This document shows, one piece after another, positions 35,401 through 47,815 of a DNA stretch of 64,000 nucleotides. The stretch lies in contig NW_026782376.1 of the NCBI RefSeq assembly GCF_031769215.1, positions 372,001 through 436,000 of the forward strand. Reading direction: 5' to 3'. Below the pieces are notes generated by a model, which was not told the origin of the DNA, searched no databases, and was given only the letters and a program-made list of their open reading frames with translations. Within the stretch, counting starts at the first letter, position 1. Every line of letters starts with the position of its first letter. Made by a program: the position numbers and the translations under genes. This stretch comes from Ylistrum balloti. Its lineage: Eukaryota.

Positions 35401-38169
35401 ATACGGGCTAGATTGAGATGTTTAAAAAAAGTACCGAAGCAAAATACGATTAAAATGTGTTTCGAGTTGTTCAACACTCAATGGAGCAGGGAAACGTCCT
35501 TAGAAAGTCCTTTAACGATCGAGCTCACATTTAGAACAATATTAGGTCAAATAACTTGTTATTATCAAAATTGTCCATTGCAGATAAGATTTAGGAAGCC
35601 TTGAAACATCACACCAATCCTAAAATGTTCATTTTTGTTTTTAAGTGTAACTCATGTTTTTTATTACGTTTGTTCAATTTTCAATTTCAAAAATATTTTT
35701 GTATTGACTTATCGACAAAATGAATGGATAACAGGCAAAGCCTACACACAATGTTATTTCTCTTCCTAACACATAAACAATGTTACAGATATGGACATAA
35801 TATAACACATTATATATATCAATTTCAATAGATTTAAACTTAATTATTTTCCTTTTCTTATCATGATTTAATCTTTGGAAAACGTATACTTAAATTGTAG
35901 ATTGAATAGATAAGAACGAGACTTGAATGTTTAAAGTAATTTACCTCAATGAATAAACATATGTGAAACTTAAGTTCCTCACTCCAATAGATACAGGTCA
36001 AAATCCACCAGATTCCACCAGATAGTTCATATTAGTTGATAGATTCCATCAGATAGTTTATATAATTTCATTTGAAGGTAATGCTGGTAGCGATAGAGAG
36101 CTGGCAAAAACATGCTTTAGCTTAAAACGTAGATAAACTGCTATATGCACACCAAAAGTGTCACTCATACTGGCAAAATAAGGAATAGTCATGTGTACAT
36201 GGGTCTTATAAACACTACAATATTTTTCATATGAGGATAATCTCTTGATGATCACACATCCTGTCTTGCGATACCAAGTGAAACCAATCTTATATTACAA
36301 CATATGTTTTCTTTATGTTATTGTTGGTAAGTGTTTATTTTCACTGATTGCATTTATTGCTTGAATTTTTTATACTTTGCAATGTGTATTTAAAATAAGT
36401 TTCCTACACGAGAAAACAATAATCACGAAAACATTTAATTTTCATAATTTCTAGTTAACTTTGACGGACATAGTTGTAAAATATACCTCAACGCCAGTAA
36501 AGTTGTATGTTACCGTTAACACAAGGATAATGGTCTGTTTATAAGCATGTTCAAAGCCATTTCCAGTAGTAATTGCTTGTTATTACGAAAACCCTTTGGG
36601 AAAATAAGGCAATTATTGAATTATTAACATCTTTTTAGCTAGTGATAAACTATTACTCTGACCTTGTTCGTATGCAAGGTAGATAATTACGTCCTTTATT
36701 TTCCCCATAAACCATGTGAGTTTATTTAAATAAAAGGATAAACGGTACCTTATAGTCTGTTTTAACTTTGTACATTCAATGCCTGTTTTCCTTTGGGAAA
36801 TGAAATGTTTTGTCGGCATACTCTGTAATACAAATTATTTGAAAACGTCCAGAGGCGTTTCATAAGATGTTTTAAAAAATAGTCCATGATTTGTAAAATA
36901 AAGTGTACTAATATGTCTATTCAAGATCCATGTTTGTTCCGTTCTTTAATAGAAATCTTCATTACATCATATTTTCTCTCTCTTAAAATGAATGTCTGAA
37001 ACATGCAATATTTATCCAGCTGTAAATGTTAATTGTTAAAATTGTTTATGTTTTGTTTTTCCATATTAGGTAAGGTTTTCAATTCAATTAATTTCTTAAA
37101 TGCAAGTAAAAGATTTCCCTGTGATAGATGGCGGCATTTGGAAACAGGAAGGATGAGGATACTAATAAGTTTTTATTTAATAACAGAAAATACCATAAAA
37201 GGCTAACTTTATAGTGTAACTACTTTTTGATAAAATAGTTAATCAGTTATTTTTTTGATATTAAAAAATAAAACCTGTACAGGCAAACTATGAAACCTTG
37301 ATTTTATCAAACAGACATGAATGACTTTCTGAAATAGTTATGGACATGTACCTTTGAGTATGAGAAACGACAAGCAGTTCTTTGTTTTAAACTAGGTGTC
37401 AACACTTGAGTGTACTATGCTCTCGAAGACGAAGTATTACCATTTGAGAAAAGGAAAAAAAATCATCCAGCGTTAAGTGTATTTCATGATTTATTCTGAC
37501 AAATACTTCAATTTGCAATTTATTTCAATTTCAATTGGAGATGGGTGTTGATATTATCCAACAGTCTCAGATCGAGTATAAGAAAGGTGATTCTTAAATA
37601 TAGACTATGATTCTGCCTTGCCTAAAATGCTATTTGCACAGTGTGTGGTGAATACAAAAAATGTCTTTTCACCTCCCTAAAACATTACGTACTGATATTA
37701 TCAGTCCTACCAGCTTAAACACTTTTTTTCTAATTTGTTGATTTATTTAGTTTATATAAAGAAGATATCTTAAGATGATTTGCTCGATAAAGCGTCACTT
37801 ATAAGACGAATCGTAATAGAAAAGAAACCTTCGGAATGCCTCGGAAGATAGTACATCCAATTACACAAAGTCAACGAGTGTAACACAATCAATGTACGAA
37901 AGAGTAGAAAGAAACATTTTCTTGAGAAATAGCTGACGTTTTGTCGATTTCTTAGAAAATCTTTCGAACTCCAAACAGTGTTTTGTATGTATTTCCCATT
38001 AATACCTTTGGTTGCTTTCCATTAATCACCTATCATTTTAGCTCCTGTACATTTCGCTGCCTTTGACATTTTTTCTCCTTTCGTAAAAAACCGACTCTAG
38101 ACTGTTTGGCAGATAATGCAACACAAATGTGAGTTTTAACGAGTTTTACAGGAACTATAAAGATTACGA

Positions 38170-38357
38170 CTGTAAATCACTTTATTTTCTTCTTAATACG
38201 TGCGAAGTGAAATCGCGAATTCAAAAATTCTAATAGCTCATCATCAGCGAATTTAAGCAATTTCTAGATCAACCATCGCAAAATTTAATACTCGCGAATA
38301 AGTCAGAAAAAGTACATTCGCAGAATAAAGTATTCGCGAAATCTCAATGATTTACAG
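38170..38357. mobile_element. Degenerate MITE (about 188 bp) with ctgtaaatca terminal inverted repeats
   Basis: Left ctgtaaatca at 38170, right tgatttacag ending at 38357; internal tcgcgaa motifs. TA target sites are degraded (ga / tt). Confidence 0.65.
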
Positions 38358-40353
38358 TTTACTCGGGCCAATATATTCACTCCACTGTATTACTCGATAT
38401 TATGTACTTAACAACACGTATGTGACACCTAGGAACACAATTACTTCAAAACAAGGTTTATGAATTACTCATACCAGTTTACATTACTTTTCATCTGGAA
38501 CAATGAATATGTACTGAAATGTTCAGACTTCACGGTGCCATTTATTTCACCCGGGAATTAGGTTTGCTTTTTCATGATTCATTTATATTTATAAGAATAA
38601 TTACTGTCTTGTACACGTGTGTACTTGTGGAAAACAATATGATCACGTATAAAGGTGAGATATCGACTGAATTGTATGTATATCACTTTTTATTTGTATA
38701 GTTTTATATGTGTATGATATATATTCGTGTACATTTTTATGTCAGCACTAACATTAGAAGGGGGTCTAATGTCAGTTGCTTTAGGCTAACACTGTATTAC
38801 AAGTGCAATAATATATTCCTGTTATTTTGTTCTATCGATTTTATTGCGATTCTCATGATGCAGTTTCCGGTACATGTATGATAGAATACCTATGACAGAA
38901 ATATTGATACATAAAAGTCGATAATAATTTAACAATGAAACGTTTGTTATTGTAAAAACTGATGAATAAAATTGCGTTCAGTACCAAACACTGCTTTTCA
39001 AACTGTGAAATGCTTTAGATTGAAACAGTATATTCCTCAATTAGATATACAGAAAGCATACACAATGTTGTTTGCGGATATTACCAGATCATATTCCATT
39101 GTTTGATCTGTTCGAAACATGTCTTAATATAGAGGTATACCCGATGTACGTTCTCCACTACTATACACCCTTTGACAAAGCCCTTGTTGTAAACAATCTT
39201 TATTTCAAACTCTCCAGGTATGGTATTTATTTCCGATGTAAATGATAGAACTTTGCGTTCAAACATTATATTGACCCTGACGCAATTTGGTATTTTAACA
39301 TGCAATATATTCCATAGTTTGCATAATGAAGTTTACAAATCTGGCATTGATATTATTCATGAATGCCATACCTAGGCTGTTCCACGAGTACATGTTCATT
39401 CCCTATCTTTATTGCTATTGAAATTTCTTTGTATAACTTGAGTTAAACTACTTTTTCGTTGCTGACAGTTTATTACATCAAGTGGAAATGCCATTTGACG
39501 TTAAACCGACGACATCTTTATATCAGCAATATTGCGTCCTACCTGTAGTTGTCATGTCATTGAGGTCATCGTAAAATTAAGTTTCATTTTGGTTAGCTTA
39601 ATATTGGTACTGGTGTTCTTATATGTGATAATTATATTTCTTTCTTTGAAATTTTTCATGCGTCTGGCAATATGGTACAGGAGTCCATTAAGGGACAAAT
39701 TACTGCGCTGAATGATGTATAAGTGCGTATACACTGTAAAGAAAGATGTTTGTACTTTACAACTCCCATGCTAAACGTGAATTCTAATGAAAAGTCTATG
39801 TAAAATTTTATTCCAATACTGACAATTATGTAATACATTTTCTATTTTGTGTGTGTTTTATTTCAAATTATAAATTTCGTTTCTCAAAGCGGTGACATCT
39901 TCTGTTAAACTCGAGAGAATATCAAAAGCACGTCAGTGTCTTCTCACGAGAGTGACGAGTACATTATATTAGCCAACTATATATGCGTAAACCGTAATGT
40001 GACCACGAGGTATATCTAGACAGGAGGTTTACATTAGAGCAACCATTACACCAATGTACTTATGTTCACCCTAAGTTCATCAGGCTTTGAGGTAGCGTCT
40101 TATATTGGAATATACACCAAGGACCACATGCACTTAACACGCGTACTTTTAGTTAAAGATTTAAATGAACTCAAAAAGTCACTCCAATGCTTCATCAGTT
40201 AAGACAGAAAAATAACTGAGTGGTATTCTGTTGACATTTAATGAAAGCACTTTCTTGTTTTTTCTAGAAAGTGAAACAGATGTGGTGGAACTATAGCCTT
40301 CGATTATGTATACTCTAACCCAGACCCAGTGAGCGTATTTAACTTTTTTTCAG

Positions 40354-40404
40354 CTTTATCATCAGATCACCACGGAGAATCTGATGGCAATGCACTCTGG
40401 GAAG
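40354..40404 (+). CDS. Candidate 51-nt symmetric phase-1 exon (xLSSDHHGESDGNALWE)
   Basis: Acceptor tatttaactttttttcag|, donor AAG|gtacaa (weak), open frame. Confidence 0.18.
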
Positions 40405-43400
40405 GTACAAGTAAACTTTTCTGAAATATCCTGACACCAGATGAACACTACATTTTCAACTTTTATTCTTATTAGTTTGATTGATTCATCTGAAGTAAAG
40501 GGTTAAAGGAAAAACGATGATTCAAATGTTTAGCAAAAGACGAACTAGTGAATAACACCTTATAATACAAAAACCAAATAGTGCATTGTTCATATGAGTT
40601 GTTCTTAACGACGATGGCGTATCGTTTCAGAGTTTTGTGATATTTATAATGCTTCAATTACTACTTGCATCATAAATATTTGATAAGAGCCCTTTCGCTT
40701 AACACATTTCACGGATTTGCACAGCGATGCAGATAGAAAAAGGCGAATGGATCAATGCCGTTTGACAAGGCATGTTGTTGTTAACGGATAGTGTTATAAT
40801 ATAGATATTTGAAAAATCTGACTTGTCAAATGTTTTCAATGATACCATTTGTACTATTTTATTAAGATGTTTGAAAATGACAAATGCATATTAGCATGCA
40901 TGTCGAATAAATTTAAGGGTTTCGAAAATGTTTGTGCAAGTCCTTATTCAAATAAACGTTTTTAAACTGAAAGTTGAGCTTGAGAGGAACTGAAACTTAA
41001 GTACAAATCAGACATATACATACCTAACATTGTACATGCATGAGGGAGTAACTTCAAACAAAAATAGGCGACATTTATACACAAAATAAAGACATTATTT
41101 ATTTTAGCACGACTGCTTCAACCATTATTCTGGTGACATGAGTTGGTGCTTACAACACTGAATCGTATATTTATTGTTGTGATGTATGCACTGTTGAAAA
41201 GATTCTTGATGCAGAAATTTAACCGATTGGCATCAGGTTGAATATAGGAGCTTACGATGGGCGAGCATACTGTTTATAAAGGCTGGTGTTGAATCTTTGA
41301 GTGTGTCGGTCGCTGGTGTTCTAGACCACAAGCGACATTTATATCTAGTCGCAGTTTTATTCTCCTCAAGAGTGATATCAACTCCTTTACGTTGCTAATA
41401 TTGCAGACTTTTATTGATATTAATGTCTTTCAAAACTGTCTCAAGTGATATCGACGAAGAATTTGAACCATCTCTTGTGGTAAACGCAAACTTTATGAGA
41501 ATGATGTAACAAATAAATTCAATATTTATATTAATATAACATTATATAGCAAATTCATTAAATTTTACTCCACTTCTTGTCCGTAAATGCTTAAAGAACT
41601 TCGATATAAGATATTTAATGGTTTATCCTGGATTATTATATATTTTAACGACAACTCATTTCTTTCAATCTTTGTAGGTATATACAATATAAATATGTAA
41701 TCAGTTAATTTATCTATATTAATAACATCCAATCCCTGCATCATTTCTTAACAAACTACCACAATAAATGGCAGAGCCACAAATTTTTGTATTGGAAGAT
41801 CCTGCCGTGGAAAGCGCACCGGCAAAGCTGTCTTGCAAATGTTGCTACACATGACAGTGTTTGGATTCTTTAGCCTATGACACAATGGAATTTCCAATGT
41901 CTTTCATCTTAGTTCGAAATAGTACACCATTGGATTTATACTTTATAACGTATCTCATCAATCACTGTTGGTCTTTATGCACATGGGATTTCAAAGGAAT
42001 AATTATGCATTATTTGTTATTTGAAGACGGTCTATTTCATAGATTTCTCAATCGAATTTTCACCTAAGACTTCCTCACCGCAGAAAAATGTCCAGAGGTC
42101 GTCCTTTGTGTCATTTCCCATTGGAAGATCATGAGTAGGACCTGTCTGACACCTCCTTAATCACAAAGTTATATTGATATGTACATTTAGCAGCTTTAGA
42201 GGATTTCTTCTTTTGACAATCTAGTTTAGATAATGTGTTAATTGCAGTTTAGAATAGATGACTGCCTGATTGAAAAAAAATGTGGCATGTCTGTTTCTTA
42301 GATGACAAAAACACCGTTTATTCTCTAAACTTTGAAATAAGTTCAATGGCATGTCACCTTTTCAGAAAACATTGTGATGTTTTAGTTGGAAATAGTTGCA
42401 CCTTAAATATGGATTTGGATACTTTAAAGAAAAAATGAGTTCCTCAGTTGAATTATAGGTATGCATTTTTTATGTCGAAAACATTACTGATGAGTTCTGG
42501 ACGGACAAAATAACTGCATGATGCAGTCCATTCATTTTTGAACACACTGTATCTAATTCTAAATTTCAACTGGAATGTGTTATTCACTAATCCGTCTTTT
42601 GTACGACATAACAAAGTTGAGAGATTGTTAAAAATAACTCACAAATGTATAGCACATTTCAATACAAATGAACAGTTACATGCAGAAGAGCCGAACCCAT
42701 TTAAACATATAGCTGTCCTTCTAGGACTCGTCAGTGTTGCTAAGGATTTTTTTTTTAAATTTCAAACCTAGGAGGCGACCTATGGAAATGCAGAGTAGCC
42801 GAAAGAAATGTCAAAAACTAGATGGGTAGTGCACTAACACCAAAATTAAATAATATTGCTAATTGAACTAAGATGCTTTGACACAATCAAGCATGCAGTA
42901 TTACTTTATTTAGCATTGAACGACAACATGATAACATTTATCATTGCATGATTGGAAGATATTGGTTTTCGTCATATCTGTAGGTTGTACGGTTTGTGAT
43001 CTGTTGTATTCATGTGCCCGTACATATATGGCTAATAGGTCAGATTAAGAGTGCAAAATACTGTTTAGTCTTGATTATTTTATTTTCATTTTAATGAAGT
43101 ATATGAAAATCTTCGATTGTCAATATCACACAAGAATATATATATAGCTTTACCGACTACAATTATTTCTTGCATAATGTATATGTGTAATCACAAAACT
43201 AACGATAAGACGCTGGTTTCATTACAAAATATCACTTTCCTTTTTATGACAATGATATCATTGCTTTGAATAAGACATTTCCACTAATTTAGTATAGCGA
43301 GCCTTGAGATTAACTATTGTTTATAACAAATAGACGAGCACAAGTCAATTTCCAGTTTTATGCCATAATACTTTCCAGAAGAAACTTTATAAAATAAACC

Positions 43401-44472
43401 ACATTTTAATCGAACCTAAAAAAGAAAACCTTAGGATATCTGTAAAACTAATTTCATAAATTCATACGAGTATCAAAGTATGTCAATATACCATTTTACT
43501 GTAAAAGACTCAGACAACCGACTGTAAGTTTCAATTTGCTCTCCACCTTCAAAATGACGGTTTGTCATGCAAGGCTGACCTTCTTGTTATATTGGAATGT
43601 ACGACTGGGACAAATTTATCTACTTAAACGGATAAAAACAGATCCCGGTATAAAGTTATCGTTTCATTGTAAACACACAGACTGGACGCCCGACTTATCA
43701 GTCGTTTCCAGCCTTAAATTTTGCACTGGTCTTTTCCCAGCAGCACCAGCAATATGTCTTAAGTAACTGCTCTTTATAACTTAGGTTACTGTCTGCCAGC
43801 TGTCTTGTTCCATACTGGACAAATACATTACCATATCAAATAATAATAAAAAATCCAGTCCTTCGTTTAAAGTGCATGACACGATATTAGTGACCTATCT
43901 ATATAATATACATTGTTGTTGATGATATTGTCCCGGATATCGCACAGTTCATGATAAATATGAAATGTTGACGGTGCCTTCTCAAATACTATATAACAAG
44001 TGGCTTGAAGTGCATTGATATGCAATAAATGTGAAATCTTTAATTTAATTGGGGTTCCATTTTCGTGGTGTAAAAACAATTAGAAATCAACAAAAACTTT
44101 GGTTTTTGATTATACGAATAAATATAGCTAAATAAATGTCTTAAAACTAATTAAAACAGTTAATGGACAAACTATTTCGCGGATTAATACGTCCCACGAA
44201 ATTAACTTCATCGCTAAGATTAAATAGTTCACAGTATTTTTTCTTCCTGCTTTTTGAAATGCATAAACTTCTGTGGTGATTTCACGGTCCTATATTGATT
44301 GCATCTATAACAATTGCTGTATGATAGTAAAGAAATGGTAATATTGTATAAGCACAGCGGTGTGTATGTTTTGAGGTACACATGGAATATATCTGAAATT
44401 GTTCTGTAAAATTAAATTAGTGTCCTTTTCGCCTTTATTACCAATTTGCTAAATTCATTCCCTTTGAGCTTT

Positions 44473-45223
44473 GTCGACATATTAGACCTCCAGTAAAGTC
44501 GACATCTCAGACCTTCAGCGAGGTCGACATTTTAGATCTCCAGTAAGGTCGACACCTTAGACCTGCAGAAAGGTCGACGTCTTAGACCTCCAGTAAGGTC
44601 GACGTCTTAGACCTCCAGAAAGGTTAACATCTTAGACCTTCAGCAAGGTCGTCGTCTTAGACCTGCAGTAAAATCGACGTCTTAGACCTCCAGTAAACCT
44701 GACATCCTAGACCTGCAGTAAGGTCGACATCTTAGACCTCCAGTAAGGGTCGACATCTTAGACTTCCAGTAAGGTCGACATTTTAGACCTTCAGCAAGGT
44801 CAATATCTTAGACCTGCAGTAAGGTAAACATCTTAGATCTCCAGTAAGGTAAACATCTTAGATCTTCAGTAAGGTAAACATCTTAGACCTGCAGTAAGGT
44901 CGACGTCTTAGACCTCCAGTAAGGTAAACATCTTAGATCTTCAGTAAGGTAAACATCTTAGACCTCCAGTAAGTAGATATCTTAGACCTGCAGTAAGGTC
45001 GACGTCTTAGACCTCCAGTAAGGTAAACATCTTAGATCTCCAGTAAGGTAGATATCTTAGACCTCCAGTGAAGTCGTCATCGCAGACCTCCAGTAAGGTT
45101 GACATCTTAGACCTGCAGTAAGGTCGACATCTTAGACCTGCAGTAAGGTCGACATCTTAGACCTGCAGTAATATCGACATCTTAGACCTGCAGTAAGGTC
45201 GACGTCTTAGACCTCAAGTAAGG
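44473..45223. repeat. 25-bp minisatellite, about 30 units
   Basis: Unit gtcgacatcttagacct(c/g)cagtaag, with variants gtaaac and gtcgacgt. Confidence 0.98.
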
Positions 45224-46253
45224 GTTTTCTACATCCGCTATCTTTATTATCATTTTTATTATTTATCTGTTTATTCACGATGGTTCCTTTTTGTGTTTTT
45301 TTTCTTTGTGACTTTAAATTCAACTTTAACTTACGTCAGCTGATCATGTCTCGAGTCTATTACGTGTCTGTTTGTTTGAGTATTCTCCGCATTAGCGTTG
45401 TTTAGTAGATTTTATTTCTGATTTCCCTTGTAATCTGGCCGTCTCCGATGTCAGCTTTAAATGTCTGCAACAATATCCAGTTACACTTTATGACCGATCC
45501 GCTTATCTCCTTGGAGTTTTAATATGCCATTGTCTCGAAGAAACACCTGTTCCTAATAACATGATGGGAGACCACAAGCTGTGCCAATCATTATATTGAT
45601 TCTAGGAAAATATGAGACGTGTATCCGGCAATCTTTTGATGATATTTTGGATATGACTTGGGGACGAAAACATGGAAGTCTGACGTAAAGTCGTTGGCTA
45701 AAAGATGTTTACTGCTCCGCTCCTAATAATGAGGTTAGACACACTGGAATTATATCAGTATAAAACCTGATATATAACGGCACAAAGTAATTTCTTTGAG
45801 CATGATAAATGATAATGCTTTGGATGTCGGACTAATTAGATCTTGCAATGCGACAAATACCAGATACCTTTAATGATACACTTCCATCAAAAAATAGCTT
45901 TATTATATCTTTGGCCCTAGTGAAGGTCCATTGCAAATATAGTATATTGTAAACTGCGTATCAAACATTGCACGCTCAGGGGAAACTTAATTATCTTGGT
46001 AATTTCATCAATGTTTACAATATGTGTATAAATATCATAAATACAAGTAATTGTTACAACAATATTAAAACAGTGATTAAAAACTGTAATATCGGGGAGG
46101 TTTTACGGTTTTACGGTCGTCATAATTATTTCATTGGGTAATTTTCTATTTCTTCGACCGATATGAAATATGATGTGTTTGATGTGTGCTTGATGGATCC
46201 ATTGTTGTTCATCATGTTCTCAATTGGGGAAGTTGCATTTTTTTTCTCTCGGG

Positions 46254-46347
46254 TCGACCAAGATTTACATGATGGGTATCGTCGTATGAAGCAGAATACG
46301 TGCACACTTCCGGAACACATGGTCTTATACTCCTTGTACATTTTCAT
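46254..46347 (+). repeat. Interspersed repeat, copy B (same family as 17995-18087)
   Basis: tcgaccaagattta...gaagcagaatacg...cttccggaacacatggtctt...ccttgtacattttcat. Confidence 0.6.
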
Positions 46348-47419
46348 TAGTCGCAATATAAGTCTTTTTTTGTTGTTGTTTTGCACGGTTTTGTGGAATT
46401 TGTGTATGAATGCAAATTCTATCAACATGACGGCATTTTCTCTGCTGTTTTTTTTTTTTTTTTTTGCATTATAAATTAATTGTCCATGGTGATTTCATTA
46501 CTTTTTACAATATGTTTAAATATCGTCAAGGCAAGCACTTGTGACAGCAAAGGTAAGATAACGGTTATTAAATTAAGTTATTGATCATTACACGTAGTTG
46601 TTCGATTGTTCTGCATAAATAAAAATATCCAACTTTTGTGCTGATGTCAACGCCCCGTTTAGACGACTTTTAAGCGAACGGGTATCCTATGCATCTTCAG
46701 TGAAACTTCCCTAAGACGATCAGGGTTAATACGAATTTCCGTTTATTATGAAATAAATAATAATCCCGGATTTTGCTATTCTTCATCATATCTTACTTTG
46801 CAAACCTATAACGAATTTGCATATAACGAATTTTCAGGTGATACGAAGTACAATCTATGTCCCTTCATTGAAAACGCTTGCACTTTTAGCGAATTTCCGA
46901 GAGTGCTGTCTAAAGCCTCTTTTTGAAAGTGAAAGCTGGGACCCTTAACGATTATATTACAATGCGTTATTTTAAGTACAAAATAGGTATATAGAAAAGT
47001 CCAGGTATGAACGACAAAAATCTTGAGAAAAATGTGCGACCCGTGTGAATGTGTTAACAGCCATTCATGTAACTTACACGATTCTGTAGATGTTAATCTG
47101 CTGGAAATGTAAAAATAGATTAACAAAAACTGCACAACTTTGACCCTCTTAAGTGTATTATAATGAATTGCATAAGACACGAGGTCTAAACTTCATTCAT
47201 TACATATAATTCCAACTTTACCATGGATGTATATAAGAATGTATAATGATTAGACATTTCCCATCCTTTTAATAATTGGTAGGTTGGAACACCAACTTTG
47301 AATCAGAGAGAATACTCTAAGGGTTTAATGGCGGGCATGGCTTACAAATAGGTATAAGTGTTCTATCTTTGAATTATCATTTGATGTTGAATGATAAAAA
47401 ACACGCCGGACCCATGTTT

Positions 47420-47645
47420 TCTCATCAAGTCCATTTTTGTTGAGTCATCGTCACTATATTACATATGGAATATTATCTGAATTCACTCAAGCCTTAATTT
47501 GGCTTCTAACATAGACGCGACATGACGCCAGTACACTCTTCATCCAAGCTCGTGGTCTGTGCCGTTGTCTTGCTGAAAGATAGCATCTGGCTCCTCCGGC
47601 GCAATTTGACTTTTTATGGTGAGACGGAGGATTAAATCCTAGTAA
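47420..47645 (-). mobile_element. Tc1-like transposase fragment
   Basis: Y*DLILR...PDAIFQQDNGTDH (cf. YRDEILRP...IFQQDNARPH); the downstream SPDLNPIE region is barely recognisable. Confidence 0.45.
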
Positions 47646-47723
47646 GGTATTCGGGAATTTAATTTTTCGCGTGTTACTCGACGTCGTATTATTAGAGCAT
47701 TAATGTTTCGTGCACACCACCAG

Positions 47724-47815
47724 CCCCCCCCCCCCCCCCCCCTAAAAAAAAAAAAAAATAGAATAAAATAAAAAAACCAAAACAAAACAAAACAAGACAA
47801 AAAACAAAAACACCC
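47724..47815. repeat. C19-T-A15 homopolymer junction plus (CAAAA)n tail
   Basis: C run at 47724-47742, A run at 47744-47758, then A-rich repeats. Confidence 0.95.

Noticed and set aside
42487-42528. Hammerhead ribozyme (ctgatga + short stem + hairpin ending GTC)
   Set aside because: The conserved GAAA is absent or misplaced and stem I cannot form.
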